A stretch of DNA of 64,000 nucleotides from the human T2T-CHM13v2.0 reference genome, Homo sapiens, in NCBI RefSeq assembly GCF_009914755.1, contig NC_060936.1; one strand, written 5' to 3'. The position numbers and the translations under genes were made by a program. Position 1 is the first letter of the stretch. Each line of letters opens with the position of its first letter. Positions 33,855-57,623 of this stretch are shown in pieces. The notes under the pieces are model-generated. The model was given only the letters and a program-made list of their open reading frames with translations, was not told where the DNA came from and made no database searches.

Positions 33855-34424
33855 GGGTGATTTTCTAAACTACTCTGGCCATGTTACTCTCTTGGATAAA
33901 TAGAGTGAAACTTGAGTAAGTTAAGTAAAAGTGTGAACGACAGTGGTGCCTGTGGGAAAGGTGTCCTTAGCACACCTCCCTGGCCTCATAGGCCCCTCTT
34001 GCACACTAAGCCCTATGTTTCTAGGAAATCACCTCTTATTCTCCAAAATGTGCCATCCTAATTCAATTAGGCCTTCGCTCAGGTTGCCACTCTGTCAGTG
34101 ACCCACTCTGGTCAGGTCTCAAGTTGAGGTTTACCTCTTCTGTGGCAGGGCTTGACAGCTTGCCACTTCCTGCCACCACTGTCATCCCCCACCCCCAGCA
34201 GAATTGACTATCTCCTTTGAGCCTCTCCTGTTCTTCATACCAGATACCATTACTGCACTTACCTGTCTCCTCCTTGATTGGATTGTGAGCTCCTTTGGTG
34301 CAGTAACTGTCTACTTAATTGTTATGTGTCCGAAGGCTACCAGGATCTGATACCTGGTAGATTTCTAATAATGTTTGTTATGTGAAAAAAATTAATAATT
34401 GAAAAGCTGAGTAAGTAAAAGTGC

Positions 34425-34580
34425 TATTACTATTAAGAACTAGGAGTTGAGTCTGAAATCCCAGTTCCACTTTGTGTGAGTCATGTGCCCTTGGACAAGT
34501 TACTTAACCCCTCTAAGCATCAGTTTTCCTCATCTATAATAAGGGAATAACAGTATGGACTGTTGTGAGGATTAAATTGC
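34425..34580 (+). mobile_element. MIR
   Basis: ccttggacaagttacttaacccctctaagcatcagttttcctcatctataa. Confidence 0.7.
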
Positions 34581-34775
34581 ACTGTGCCTTCCTCATAATA
34601 AACGTGTAGCATTGTAAAAGGGAAATTGTGAAATTTGAATTTAATGTTAAAAAAATTGAAGTCATTTTTCAGAGCCCAAGATGAAAATGTCAGAATACTC
34701 TATGGTAGGCATGAAATGAAATATAACATGGGTGAGAAGTTCACAAAGGGCAGTTTGAAAACTCTGTTTTAGTGA

Positions 34776-34958
<183 letters not shown>

Positions 34959-35629
34959 TGATTATAAAACAATATATGAATGTATTTGTTAACCACTTAA
35001 ATAAAATTCCCCCATTTAAAAAATTTACTTTGGAAAAGTATTACATTGTTATAAAAATTAATCTTGTTTTATTTCTTAGATTAACCTGTTTATATTTAAT
35101 GGCATTTAAAAATACATGGTAGACTTGCTCCTCTATGCTGTCTGTTTCATTCTCCTGCAGTTGCTATGCCCAGAATTATAATTATAGATACAGTCTAGGT
35201 GATGTGCCTATTGAGATACATGTAGCTGTTCAAAAAATAAATAGTAGTACCTTTTTTTTTTTCTGAAAGATACATCTTTAAACTACTATATGTTCTGTTG
35301 AGTCATAGTGTCAGATGTTAGCACTAGAAGACACCTCAGAGTTATCCGTCCCCTTGTTTACAGATGAGGAAGTTCAGACCCCGCATTTTCAGTGGCCAGT
35401 CAAGGATACACAGCTACTTGGTTGCTGAGCTGGTGTTAGAACCTGGGTCTCCTGACCCCAGGGCGGTGCTTTGTGTGTGTCTTACATCTAATCCCATTGG
35501 CAAGCCTCACTCATTCCTTTGATGGTTACTGCACAGTTTTCATCTATTTGTAGTTTTGTTTATTTTCAAGAAACACGCACTGTATCACTGTTAATTTTAG
35601 CTCTGCCTGCCGCTTAGCTTTAAGAAGAA

Positions 35630-35885
35630 CAACAGCTAACACTTTTGTAGCACTAACTGTGTGCCTGGCTGCGTTCTCATCACTTTACAGGTGCTGACTC
35701 ATTTGATTCTCACACAATTCTGGAGGGAGGTGGCATCATTATCCATATTTTATAGATAAGGAAACAGAGGCATAGAAAGATTAATAGCTTGCCCAAGGTC
35801 ACACAATTAATGGGAGAACTGACATTTGAACCTTGGCAGCTTGGCTCCAGAGACCTAGCTCTTAATTACTAGGCCACACTGACTG
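35630..35885 (-). mobile_element. MIR
   Basis: tttatagataaggaaacagagg...cttgcccaaggtcacac. Confidence 0.7.
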
Positions 35886-36786
35886 TTAAGCAGTTAGCAG
35901 TGTGCCTGGCACACATAGTAAGTGCTCAAGAAGTAGCAGCAATGATCATTAACATTGACCATCTTTTTTTTTGATATATACTTAAGATGTATCACTTCTA
36001 CTTTTCTACCTTGACTCTCACATTTGCTTATAAATTACTAGTGTGATATCTTCTTATTTTTAATTGGTTTGAAGATAACTGCACATTGTGTTTCTGCTGA
36101 TTTTAAGTTTCTTTGCCAAGCGAGTATATCCATGTTACGGTTTTCTTGGTCAGGTATACCCAGCCTTAGTTGTCATTCTGCCAGTGAAACTATGTCAGAC
36201 TAAGATACTCTTTCATCAAAATCATTTTTAGTTCTGTTGACAGAGGCAAGATTATTTTAGCCTGCCAATATTTTTAAGAAATGATTGGTTCCATCTGTTA
36301 ATGTGAATTTGACACCTGTAATTTATATAGTTCCCTGAGATACTAACCCTTAATGCCCTTTGAGTGTTTTTAAAAGTATCTTGAGTTTCTAATGTTTTAT
36401 ATGGCTTGCCAGTAAAAAATCAAATTCTGTATATTGAAACTGTTTCCCCTTTTATCTTGGTCTTGACAGTTGCTGAGTCAATTATGGGGTAACCTTAACC
36501 TTATTCGCTAGGTCATTGTGGGGTAACCTTAACCTCATTTGTAGTCTCTATCTTACTTGGCCTCCTACTTGGACAAGAGCAAAGTTGATATTCTTCTTGT
36601 AAAATATTGACACTGGAAGCTTCACAAGAATGTACACCATAAGAGAATATCCCCCTTCTGAATCAGTTTACAAGACTAAGGTACCCCAAATCCTTATGTC
36701 TTTATCCCATCAGGGTATTATGCAAAGAGTTGCAGACTTGCAGATATTTCAGTGGCTATGCAATGTGCTCTAATTCCACTAAACTT

Positions 36787-42924
<6,138 letters not shown>

Positions 42925-43394
42925 TCCACTAAACTTCTTGAAGGCAGAGACCATGTCCTTGTATTCTCCATAAAGCCCAGTAAGTCCTTTCTCTTAGCAG
43001 ACACTTAATAGATAGTAGTTAATAGGTGAATTCACAATGTATATGAATGAATGAGTGAATGAAATTGGAGGTAGGGGAAGTGACGGAGGTAGATTCTCTA
43101 CTGTTGATGGATTGATTTTATTCAGGTTTTAATCTGTCTGTTATGTGTGAGTACATGTATGTGTATAAACAAAGCAGTGCTTTTTTTTTTTTATACTTTA
43201 AGTTTTAGGGTACATGTGCACATTGTGCAGGTTAGTTACATATGTATACATGTGCCATGCTGGTGCGCTGCACCCACTAACTCGTCATCTAGCATTAGGT
43301 ATATCTCCCAATGCTATCCCTCCCCCCTCCCCCTACCCCACAACAGTCCCCAGAGTGTGATATTCCCCTTCCTGTGTCCATGTGATCTCATTGT

Positions 43395-47237
<3,843 letters not shown>

Positions 47238-47285
47238 TTATTTTGCTCATTAGTTGATGCAGTTTCTTCCTAGTCTCGATGGTCT

Positions 47286-48303
47286 TTACATTTTGGCATG
47301 ATTTTGCAGCGGCTGGTACCGGTTGTTCCTTTCCATGTTTAGCACTTCCTTGAGGAGCTCTTTTAGGGCAGGCCTGGTGGTGACAAAATCTCTCAGCATT
47401 TGCTTGTCTGTAAAGTATTTTATTTCTCCTTCACTTATGAAGCTTAGTTTGGCTGGATATGAAATTCTGGGTTGAAAATTCTTTTCTTTAAGAATGTTGA
47501 ATATTGGCCCCCACTCTCTTCTGGCTTGTAGGGTTTCTGCCGAGAGATCCGCTGTTAGTCTGATGGGCTTCCCTTTGAGGGTAACCCGACCTTTCTCTCT
47601 GGCTGCCCTTAACATTTTTTCCTTCATTTCAACTTTGGTGAATCTGACAATTATGTGTCTTGGAGTTGCTCTTCTCGAGGAGTATCTTTGTGGCGTTCTC
47701 TGTATTTCCTGAATCTGAACGTTGGCCTGCCTTGCTAGATTGGGGAAGTTCTCCTGGATAATATCCTGCAGAGTGTTTTCCAACTTGGTTCCATTCTCCT
47801 CATCACTTTCAGGTACACCAATCAGACGTAGATTTGGTCTTTTCACATAGTCCCATATTTCTTGGAGGCTTTGCTCATTTCTTTTTATTCTTTTTTCTCT
47901 AAACTTCCCTTCTTGCTTCATTTCATTCATTTCATCTTCCATTGCTGATACCCTTTCTTCCAGTTGATCGCATCAGCTCCTGAGGCTTCTGCATTCTTCA
48001 CGTAGTTCTCGAGCCTTGGTTTTCAGCTCCATCAGCTCCTTTAAGCACTTCTCTGTATTGGTTATTGTAGTTATACATTCTTCTAAATTTTTTTCAAAGT
48101 TTTCAACTTTCTTTGCCTTTGGTTTGAATGTCCTCCCGTAGCTCAGAGTAATTTGATCGTCTGAAGACTTCTTCTCTCAGCTCGTCAAAATCATTCTCCA
48201 TCCAGCTTTGTTCCGTTGCTGGTGAGGAACTGCATTCCTTTGGAGGAGGAGAGGCACTCTGCGTTGTAGAGTTTCCAGTTTTTCTGTTCTGTTTTTTCCC
48301 CAT
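47286..48303 (-). pseudogene. L1 ORF1 with a +1 frameshift (~48108-48110) and a CGA>TGA stop (47973-47975)
   Basis: Span is 1018 nt vs 1017 expected; MGKKQNRK...LQNHAKM. Confidence 0.92.
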
Positions 48304-48599
48304 CTTTGTGGTTTTATCTACTTTTGGTCTTTGATGATGGTGATGTACAGATGGGTTTTTGGTGTGGATGTCCTTTCTGTTTGTTAGTTTTCCTTCTAAC
48401 AGACAGGACCCTCAGCTGCAGGTCTGTTGGAATACCCTGCCTTGTGAGGTGTCAGTGTGCCCCTGCTGGGGGGTGCCTCCCAGTTAGGCTGCTCGGGGGT
48501 CAGGGGTCAGGGACCCACTTGAGGAGGCAGTCTGCCCATTCTCAGATCTCCAGCTGCGTGCTGGGAGAACCACTGCTCTCTTCAAAGCTGTCAGACAGG

Positions 48600-49523
<924 letters not shown>

Positions 49524-50668
49524 AAAGCAGTGCTTTTAAAAATGAAAACAACACACCTAATTAGTAAGCTCCTGAAAATACAGGCGTCTAGGTAAAACGT
49601 CAGGAAGGTCTTTGTGCTATAGCATTTTTTCAGACTGTTAATATGATTGGTATAATGTTCATTAACAGGCATGGTTTCTAATTTGCAGTGATCTGAAACA
49701 GCAGATTTTAGAGAACTGTTCATTCTTAGGGGAGCTTTGACTTGTACGTCTCTTTGCAAAACTGAAGGAGTCCTCCTGGGTCTAGCTGACCTTTCCCTTG
49801 TAGTGAGGAGTTTTGTCTTGCTACTTTTTTTTTTCCAGATGGCTTTTAATCCAAGGGTAAAAACCTTCTGATTAGCCTAGATTCCCTTGATAGTCCCTTC
49901 TCTTACAGCTTCATCAAATTTATGTTAAAGATTGGGGAAAAAACAAGCAAACAAACAAAAAGTAGGTAGTGTAAACTTTAACAGAGTAATAGAAGGATTG
50001 ACATGGGACTCGTAACTGGACATAATTTTTATTTCTCTTAAGTATAATTTTATTATTAAATAATAAATGCACATGGTTTTAAAAGGTCAAACAGAACAAG
50101 AAAGGGTTCTTTGTACAAAAAAAAACCATCAGTCCTTGTCTCTCCTCCTCACCCAACTTTGGTTAGGTATAAAAGTCTAGGTTGAAAATTGTTTTCCCTA
50201 AGGATTTTGGTGGCCTTGCCACATGGTCATCTAAATTCCATGTAAATTGTAATGTCACTCTTCTTCCTCGTGTTTTTGTGCCCTGTTTCTCTTTTTCCCT
50301 CCTTACCTCCCTCCTACTTTATTCCTTTCTCTCTGGAAGCTTTTACTATCTTCTTCCCTTCTTGACATTCTGAAATTTCATAGGCTCTTCTTTCATTCCT
50401 TGTGCTGGGCAATTGGACACCGTCGCATCCTGGAGGTTTAAGTTCCTTCAGTTCTAGGACATTTTCTTATATTTATTTAGTTAATAATTTCCTCTTCCTC
50501 ATTTTCCCCATACCCTTTCTGGTTTTCTTAGTGATCAAATATTGGGACTTCCAGATTGATGCTCTAGTTTTCTTATCTTTTTGCCTTCTTGTTTTTCTTT
50601 TTAGGAGATTTGATCAACGTTATTTTTCAGATTTTTTTAAACCTATCATATTTTAAATTTCTAATTAA

Positions 50669-50999
<331 letters not shown>

Positions 51000-51053
51000 T
51001 ATTCTTTCTCTTATAGCAAGAAGTATGTATTTTTAGTTTTCTTTGAGTTTTAG

Positions 51054-51489
<436 letters not shown>

Positions 51490-52004
51490 GTTTCTATCTC
51501 TCGATAGGATTTTCCTCTCCTATTTGTTTTAGTGTCTGATTTGTTGTTGTTGGAGGCTTTCCTCTAATACCTGGTATACCCCTGAACCCTAGAAAGCATT
51601 TCAAAGCTCTGTGTCCCATGGATAGAACTTGTTGACTAGTGAATATCATTGCTGGGTGGTCAGGTAGTGAACTACTTTATTGTTGTGCCATTCAGTTTCA
51701 ACATACTAGGATCTTTCTAACTCCTGCCTGAAGGTTGGAGCTGGGAATGAGGGTGGGGCAGTGCTTAAGGCTGTCAGCTGACCTCCAGGAGTCAGGCAGG
51801 GGCAGGGACTGGAGCTTACTCTTCAGTGCATAGACTTTAATTCCTCTGTATCAGGCTTTTGACCAGCCCACCCTCTGCTGCGCTTGCTACCCTTGGGTCT
51901 CAGATCAAGTACTCAAGTGATGGTTACTCAGGTAAGGGTTAGGGGAGAAGTGTAGTTTCCTGGCTGTATGGACTAGGGAATACAGAGAACTGACAATTTC
52001 TTAT

Positions 52005-52715
52005 ATAGACATTTATTTATACAAATATTTGTTAAGTATCTTCTGCGTGTCTGGTACTATTCTAGGCTCTGGTCACAAGCAGTAAACAAAATAGATTAAA
52101 GTTCCAACCCTTGCGGGGCTTGTGTTCTTGTGGGCAAGAAGGAAAATAGTAAGTGCTGAGGGAATGATATGTCGTGAGATGAGAAAAGATTGAAAGCTGG
52201 GAGGGGGGATGGGAAGCATGTGAGGGGAGGGCGTGTGGTTAGTGATTCAAAGTTTAGGCAGAGTGGTTGGGGAACAACACCATGTTGAAAAGATGGCATT
52301 GAGTAAAGATCTGAGAGAAGTAAGAGGGTGAGCCCTCTCTGGCTGAAGAGCATTTGAGGTGAAGGTTTTGCAGCTGTAGCTCACCTAATAGAAGACCAGC
52401 AAGGAGGCCCCATAGCTGGAGCAGAGTGAGAAGTGAGGAGGCAGCCATGAGGCTCATAGGTCACTGCAGGAACTTTGGCTTTTATTCTGAGGGAGAGGGA
52501 AGCCACTGGAGAGGGGTTTGAGCTGGTGAGAGAGATGATCTGACTGACACTGGCTGCTGTGTTGAAAGAAACTGCAGTGGTGCCAGTTCAGAAGCTATGT
52601 GAGAGTTGGAGGTGGGCTGGAAAAGCATAACGATGAGGAATTGGTGAGAAGGGATCAGAGTCTGGACACATTTTGAAAGTAGAGCCTCCTGGAATTGCTG
52701 ATGGATTGGGCGGCT
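52005..52715 (-). mobile_element. L2 3' region
   Basis: caaatatttgttaag...ggaactttggcttttattctgag...ggaagccactggag. Confidence 0.7.
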
Positions 52716-53623
52716 TTGACTCAGTCTTCTTGCTTTCAGCTTCGCTCCTCACGCTGCCTTTTGCAATACTAGTACTTCGTGTCTCTGTCTTCTGAGCCTT
52801 CCCAGGAATCGGGTGGGTGAGTGGGGGTGGCACCAAAGGCCATGTCAGCTCACCTCTTCACATCTCATCTGCAGGGACTTAGTATTACTCTCCTGTTACT
52901 TTTCTTTCCTCTCTTTATCAGCTTTCAAAGTTGTAGAATTATCTCATGCCCACTGATACCACTGTGCCCATTCTTTCTCCTTACACGTAGGTTTACACCT
53001 TAATTTTTTTAAACTCAGTGAAGTTTAGAGAAGCAGTGTTGATAAACACATGTGTTTCATCTGTCATGTTTAACTAGAAATCTGTTTATTATTTGTGAAT
53101 ATTCAGCACAAGAATGTTTAGTGAGTATGCTTGATTTTTTTCAATGCAACTTATAGAACTGAAAATTATTTTAATAAAAAATGAGAAGGATTTTTAGAGC
53201 ACTAACCTTTTGTTTCCTGACCAGAGCCTTGCCTCTAAGACTTCTTGGGTTTGTTTGTTTGTTTGTTTTTGTCTATTTTAATCAATTCTCAGATTGAAAA
53301 TTAATTTTAAAATGTTTAAAGCTCACACCCTGAGAATTATTACATAAATGCTAACAATCATCAGAGAAGCATTAATCATAGTTTGTCAGCTCTTATCTGA
53401 AAATAATTTATCTTTCTTCTGGATCATTGTTGTAACTAAGGTCTACAACTTTGGTCCTCTTCTTGAATGTCACCCATCTGAAGCCAGAGGCATGACAGTA
53501 GTAAAAGTCTATTTTTTGAAGTTTTATAAATAAAATTCTAAAGATTCAAAGATACCAATAGTTTTTTTTAAAAATAATTGTATATGTTGTTAAATATCCA
53601 GAATACCTTGTTGGCTAACTTAG

Positions 53624-54000
53624 TGTGTTATTCCATTCTCACACTGCTATAAAGAAATACCTCAGACTGGATAATTTATAAAGAAAAGAGGTTTAACTGG
53701 CTCACAACTCTGCAGGCTGTACAGGAAGCATGGCTAGGGAGGCCTCAGGAAAGTTACAATCATGGCAGAAGGCAAAGGGGAAGCAGGCACATCTTACACG
53801 GCCAGAGCAGGAGGAAGAGAGAGAAGGGGGAGGTGCTACACACTTTAAAACAACCAGTTCCTGTGAGAACTCACTCACTATCATGAGAACAGCGAGGGGG
53901 GAATCCACCTCATGATCCAATCTCCTCCCACCAGGTTCTTCCTCCAACACTGGGGATTTGACACGAGATTTGGGTGGGGACACAAATCTAAACCATATCA
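53624..54000 (-). mobile_element. MaLR solo LTR (MSTA/MSTB-like)
   Basis: TG...CA termini; 5-bp TSD cttag at 53619-53623 and 54001-54005; aagaaaagaggtttaactggctcaca. Confidence 0.88.
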
Positions 54001-54368
54001 CTTAGGTAAGTATATTTTAGGTTCGTTGAGATTAGGAAACATGCCCTGCTGATTTACTTAACCCCAAAGCACCCAGCATAGCACTTTGCATATAATATGG
54101 TATCCACTTATGATGTTTGAGGAATCCTTTATTAAATAAAGGATTTTACATATTCATTGGTCTTGTTGGAAATTGTACTGACATAACAAGCCAAACTCAC
54201 TACTCCCAGAATAAGTGTAATTTATTCTTCCTAGTAAATATCAGAAATGAGATGCCTCATTTTTATCTAAACTGGCACCAGGAGTTTCAACACCTAAGAC
54301 TCATAGCTCCCCAACCCTAACTGATCACACAGGCCCACTAAAGCTTCTTCAGCCATAATAACTAAATA

Positions 54369-54591
54369 TAGTTATCCCTCAGTATATGCTGGGAATTGGT
54401 TCCAGGACCCCTGCATATATTCAAGTCCCACAGTTGGGCCTGTAAAACCCAAATATATGAAAAGTTGTCCCTCTGTGGAGAAGGGCTCACATTCCGCAAA
54501 TGCTGTATTTTCGATTCATATCTCATTGAAGAAAAATCCCCATATAAGTGGACCTGCACAGTTAAGACCTGTGTTATTCAAGGGTCAACTG
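54369..54591. mobile_element. MER8-like Tigger2 derivative
   Basis: tagttatccctcagtat...ggttccaggacccc...ttcaagggtcaactg|ta. Confidence 0.75.
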
Positions 54592-55654
54592 TATACATGC
54601 CCACCCACGTCCATCCCAGGCACAAATGAGAACCTGCCTTGACAGCCCCAGGGAAACCTATTCGGTCATTTTTAAGTTACTGTTGTGGGCTCAAAACTGT
54701 GTGGGGCACTTTAGGGGATAGAAAGTAAATTAATCCCTTGACTAATGCCCATGAGGAGTTGACTGACACCTGAAGCAAAAAGATGGATACGAAGGATTAC
54801 ATAGTTAAATGCTAAATTATATGGGAGAAACCACTAAAAATATAGAGGTTTAGAGTTTACCATAGATAGGAATAGAATCTTAGAGTTTGAAAAGTCCTTT
54901 TAGAAGTCCAGTCTAAATCCATCTTCTAGTATAAGAGTTCTTTTTAGATTATCTTTGGCAGATGGTTTTCCATGTTGATTGTGGCCTGTGAAGGGAGGCC
55001 CTTGCTATTTTCTGAGGCAGCCTCTTCTGTAGTAGCACTGCTCTGATAGTTTTCTTGAGTCAGAGGTGCTCAAGAGTTAGTAAGAGTGCTCAAGAGTCTA
55101 TAAGTTACTGCAGTTAGTCCTGCCTTGTCTTGTGGGCCATACTGAATGAACATATTGCCTTTTCATCACAGCCATCCTCTGTTCAGTATTTAAAGAAAGC
55201 CCTCGGATTGACGAAAAGTATAGCAGAGAGAGAAAGGTCTTGAACTCCAACTAGGTGAACTATTTTGTCCCTTTATGTCTTGGCCTCCTTGATACTAATG
55301 TGTAAAAGCAGGGAACACAGTGCCTGATGCACAGACAGGAGGCAGTAAAGGTGAGCTGCGGGCAGGTCTGTCTTGGGTCTTCTCTTGCAGGCTGCCTGGT
55401 AAAGGAAGCCCTCAGAGACTAGATGGGGTTCAGGCTTAGAGGGCTTTGATAAAGATGTGAAAGAAAAACAGGGGGCAGCAGAGAAGAGCAAATGAATGGA
55501 CTTGACTGACTGAAATAAAGACAGCATAAAGAAGAAAAACCACGGGGACTGTGGTTTTAATCCGGTAAACGATGGCACCAATCACAAAGCATTTGTGTCT
55601 CACTGACTTGAGATGGTGAGATGATGGAAGATCATCTCGAGTGCCTATATTGTT

Positions 55655-57190
55655 GATTAATTCATCCATTTATTGAGCTTTCACTGTGTGCCAAGCACTG
55701 TTCTAAATACTGGAAATACAGAGGTAAACAAGACTGATGGGGTCTCTGTTCTCCCGGGATTTGTGTTCTCCTTGGGGAGGAAACAGACAAAAAAGAAGTA
55801 AACAAAAATATAAACCCCAACTACTTAGTAGGCTGAGGCAGGAGGATCACTTGAGCCCAGGAGTTTGAGACCAGCCTGGGCAGTATAGCAAGACTCCATT
55901 TCAAGAAAAAAAAGTGTAAACAAAAATATAAACAGGATAATTGAAGGTAATGATAAGTGCCATATATGAAGAATGATATAAAAGAGTGGATGGTTTAGAG
56001 GTGGGGGTGTGTACTTTAGATTACGATCAGGAACAGCCTCTCGGAGGAAGCGACATTGAGCTGAGACACGAAGGATACAAAGGAGCCAGCCGAGCAAAAG
56101 TCTGGGAGGATTTAGTTATAGGCAGAGAGAATCATTAGGGTAAGAGTTCTGAGGCACGAATAAGCTTGGTATATTCAAGGAACAGAAAAAAGGCCAGTCT
56201 GGCCAGGCATATGCCTGACAAGCAGCACAGTATGAGACTTGGGGAGTGACAGAAGGATGATGGGGGCATATCCTATAGGGCCTTTTGGCTAAAAGAAAGG
56301 AGATTGGACTTTACTCCAGATATGCTGGGAACCAACAGAACCGTTGGATGGTGGGTGTCTTGGTCCATTTTCTGCTGCTATGACAAAATACCACTGACTG
56401 GATAATTTATAAAGAAAAGAAGTTTATTTGGCTTATGGTTCTAAAGACTTGGAAGTGGAGGAGCGTGGCACCAGCATCTGGAGAGGATCATCCCGTGGCA
56501 GACAGGCAGAGGGGCAGGAGAGCTTGCTTTTATAACCAAACCAGTCCTGAGATAAGTAACCCAAGTCTGTAATAATGGCATTAATCCATTCATGGGAATG
56601 GAGTCCTTATGACCTAACCACCTCTTAAAGGCCCCATATCAATTAAATCTCAACATGAGTTTTTGTGGGTACATACAAACCATAAAAATGAATATAAGCA
56701 AAGGAGTGACGAGATCTAACTTACAACTTCTAGAGCTCACTGTGGATTCTATATGAAAAGTGGATTGGAACGGGCAAGGAAGGGGGCAGGGAGACCATTG
56801 CAGTGGTCCAGGCAAGAAAGGGTGGTGGCTTGGACTAGGACAGCAGCAGTGGAAAAATAGAGAGAAGTGACTGGATTCTGGACATACTCTGGAGATAGAG
56901 CCAACAGGACTTGCTTATGGCTTGGATGGATGTTGCAAGAGGAAAAGACAGGAGTTGAGGATGAAGTTTGTGGCCTGAGCAACTGATAATGCTGTTTACC
57001 AAGATGGGAGCAATTGGGTAAAGAATAGTTTTTTGGCATTAGACAAGGGCAGAGGTTGAGAGTTTGGGCCTCAGGTTGAGATGATTAGACTCCAAGTGAA
57101 GATATAGGCTGGCAATTGGTTATAGAGTCTAGAGCTCCAGGGAGAGATTTGGGCTAGAGAAAAAATTGAGGAATCATTTGCATGCTGTTT
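55655..57190 (-). mobile_element. L2 3' region, interrupted by an Alu monomer fragment (~55820-55913, +) and an LTR
   Basis: ttcatccatttattgagc...gtgccaagcactgttctaa...gtggtccaggcaag...ggtggcttggactagg. Confidence 0.75.
56356..56686 (-). mobile_element. MaLR solo LTR (MSTC/D or MLT1A-like)
   Basis: tgtcttggtccattttctgctgctatgacaaaatacc...cattaatccattcatg...caaaccata. Confidence 0.75.
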
Positions 57191-57319
57191 ATCTCCACAT
57201 TTATAGTATTTTACTTTTTGTGTATTGATCATTTATAAGCACTTTTATCTATATTTCATCCTTTAACTGGTACAGTTCCAGTTTGTGTTGTTATTCCTAC
57301 TATAAAGAGTAAGGAGATT

Positions 57320-57623
57320 GGCCAGGCGCGGTGGCTCACGCCTGTAATCCCAGCACTTTGGGAGGCCGAGGCGGGCAGATCACGAGGTCAAGAGATCGAG
57401 ACCGTCCTGGCTAACATGGTGAAACCCCATCTCTACTAAAAATACAAAAAATTAGTTGGGCGTGATGGCAGGTGCCTGTAGTCCCAGCTACTCGGGAGAC
57501 TGAGGCAGGAGAATGATGTGAACCTGGGAGGCGGAGCTTGCAGCGAGCCTAGATTGGGCCACTGCACTCCAGCCTGGGCTCAGAGGGAGACTCCGTCTCA
57601 AAAAAAAAAAAAAAAAAAAAAAA
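57320..57623 (+). mobile_element. AluY, inserted in a MIR
   Basis: Y diagnostics; TSD aaagagtaaggagatt at 57304-57319 and 57624-57639. Confidence 0.93.
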
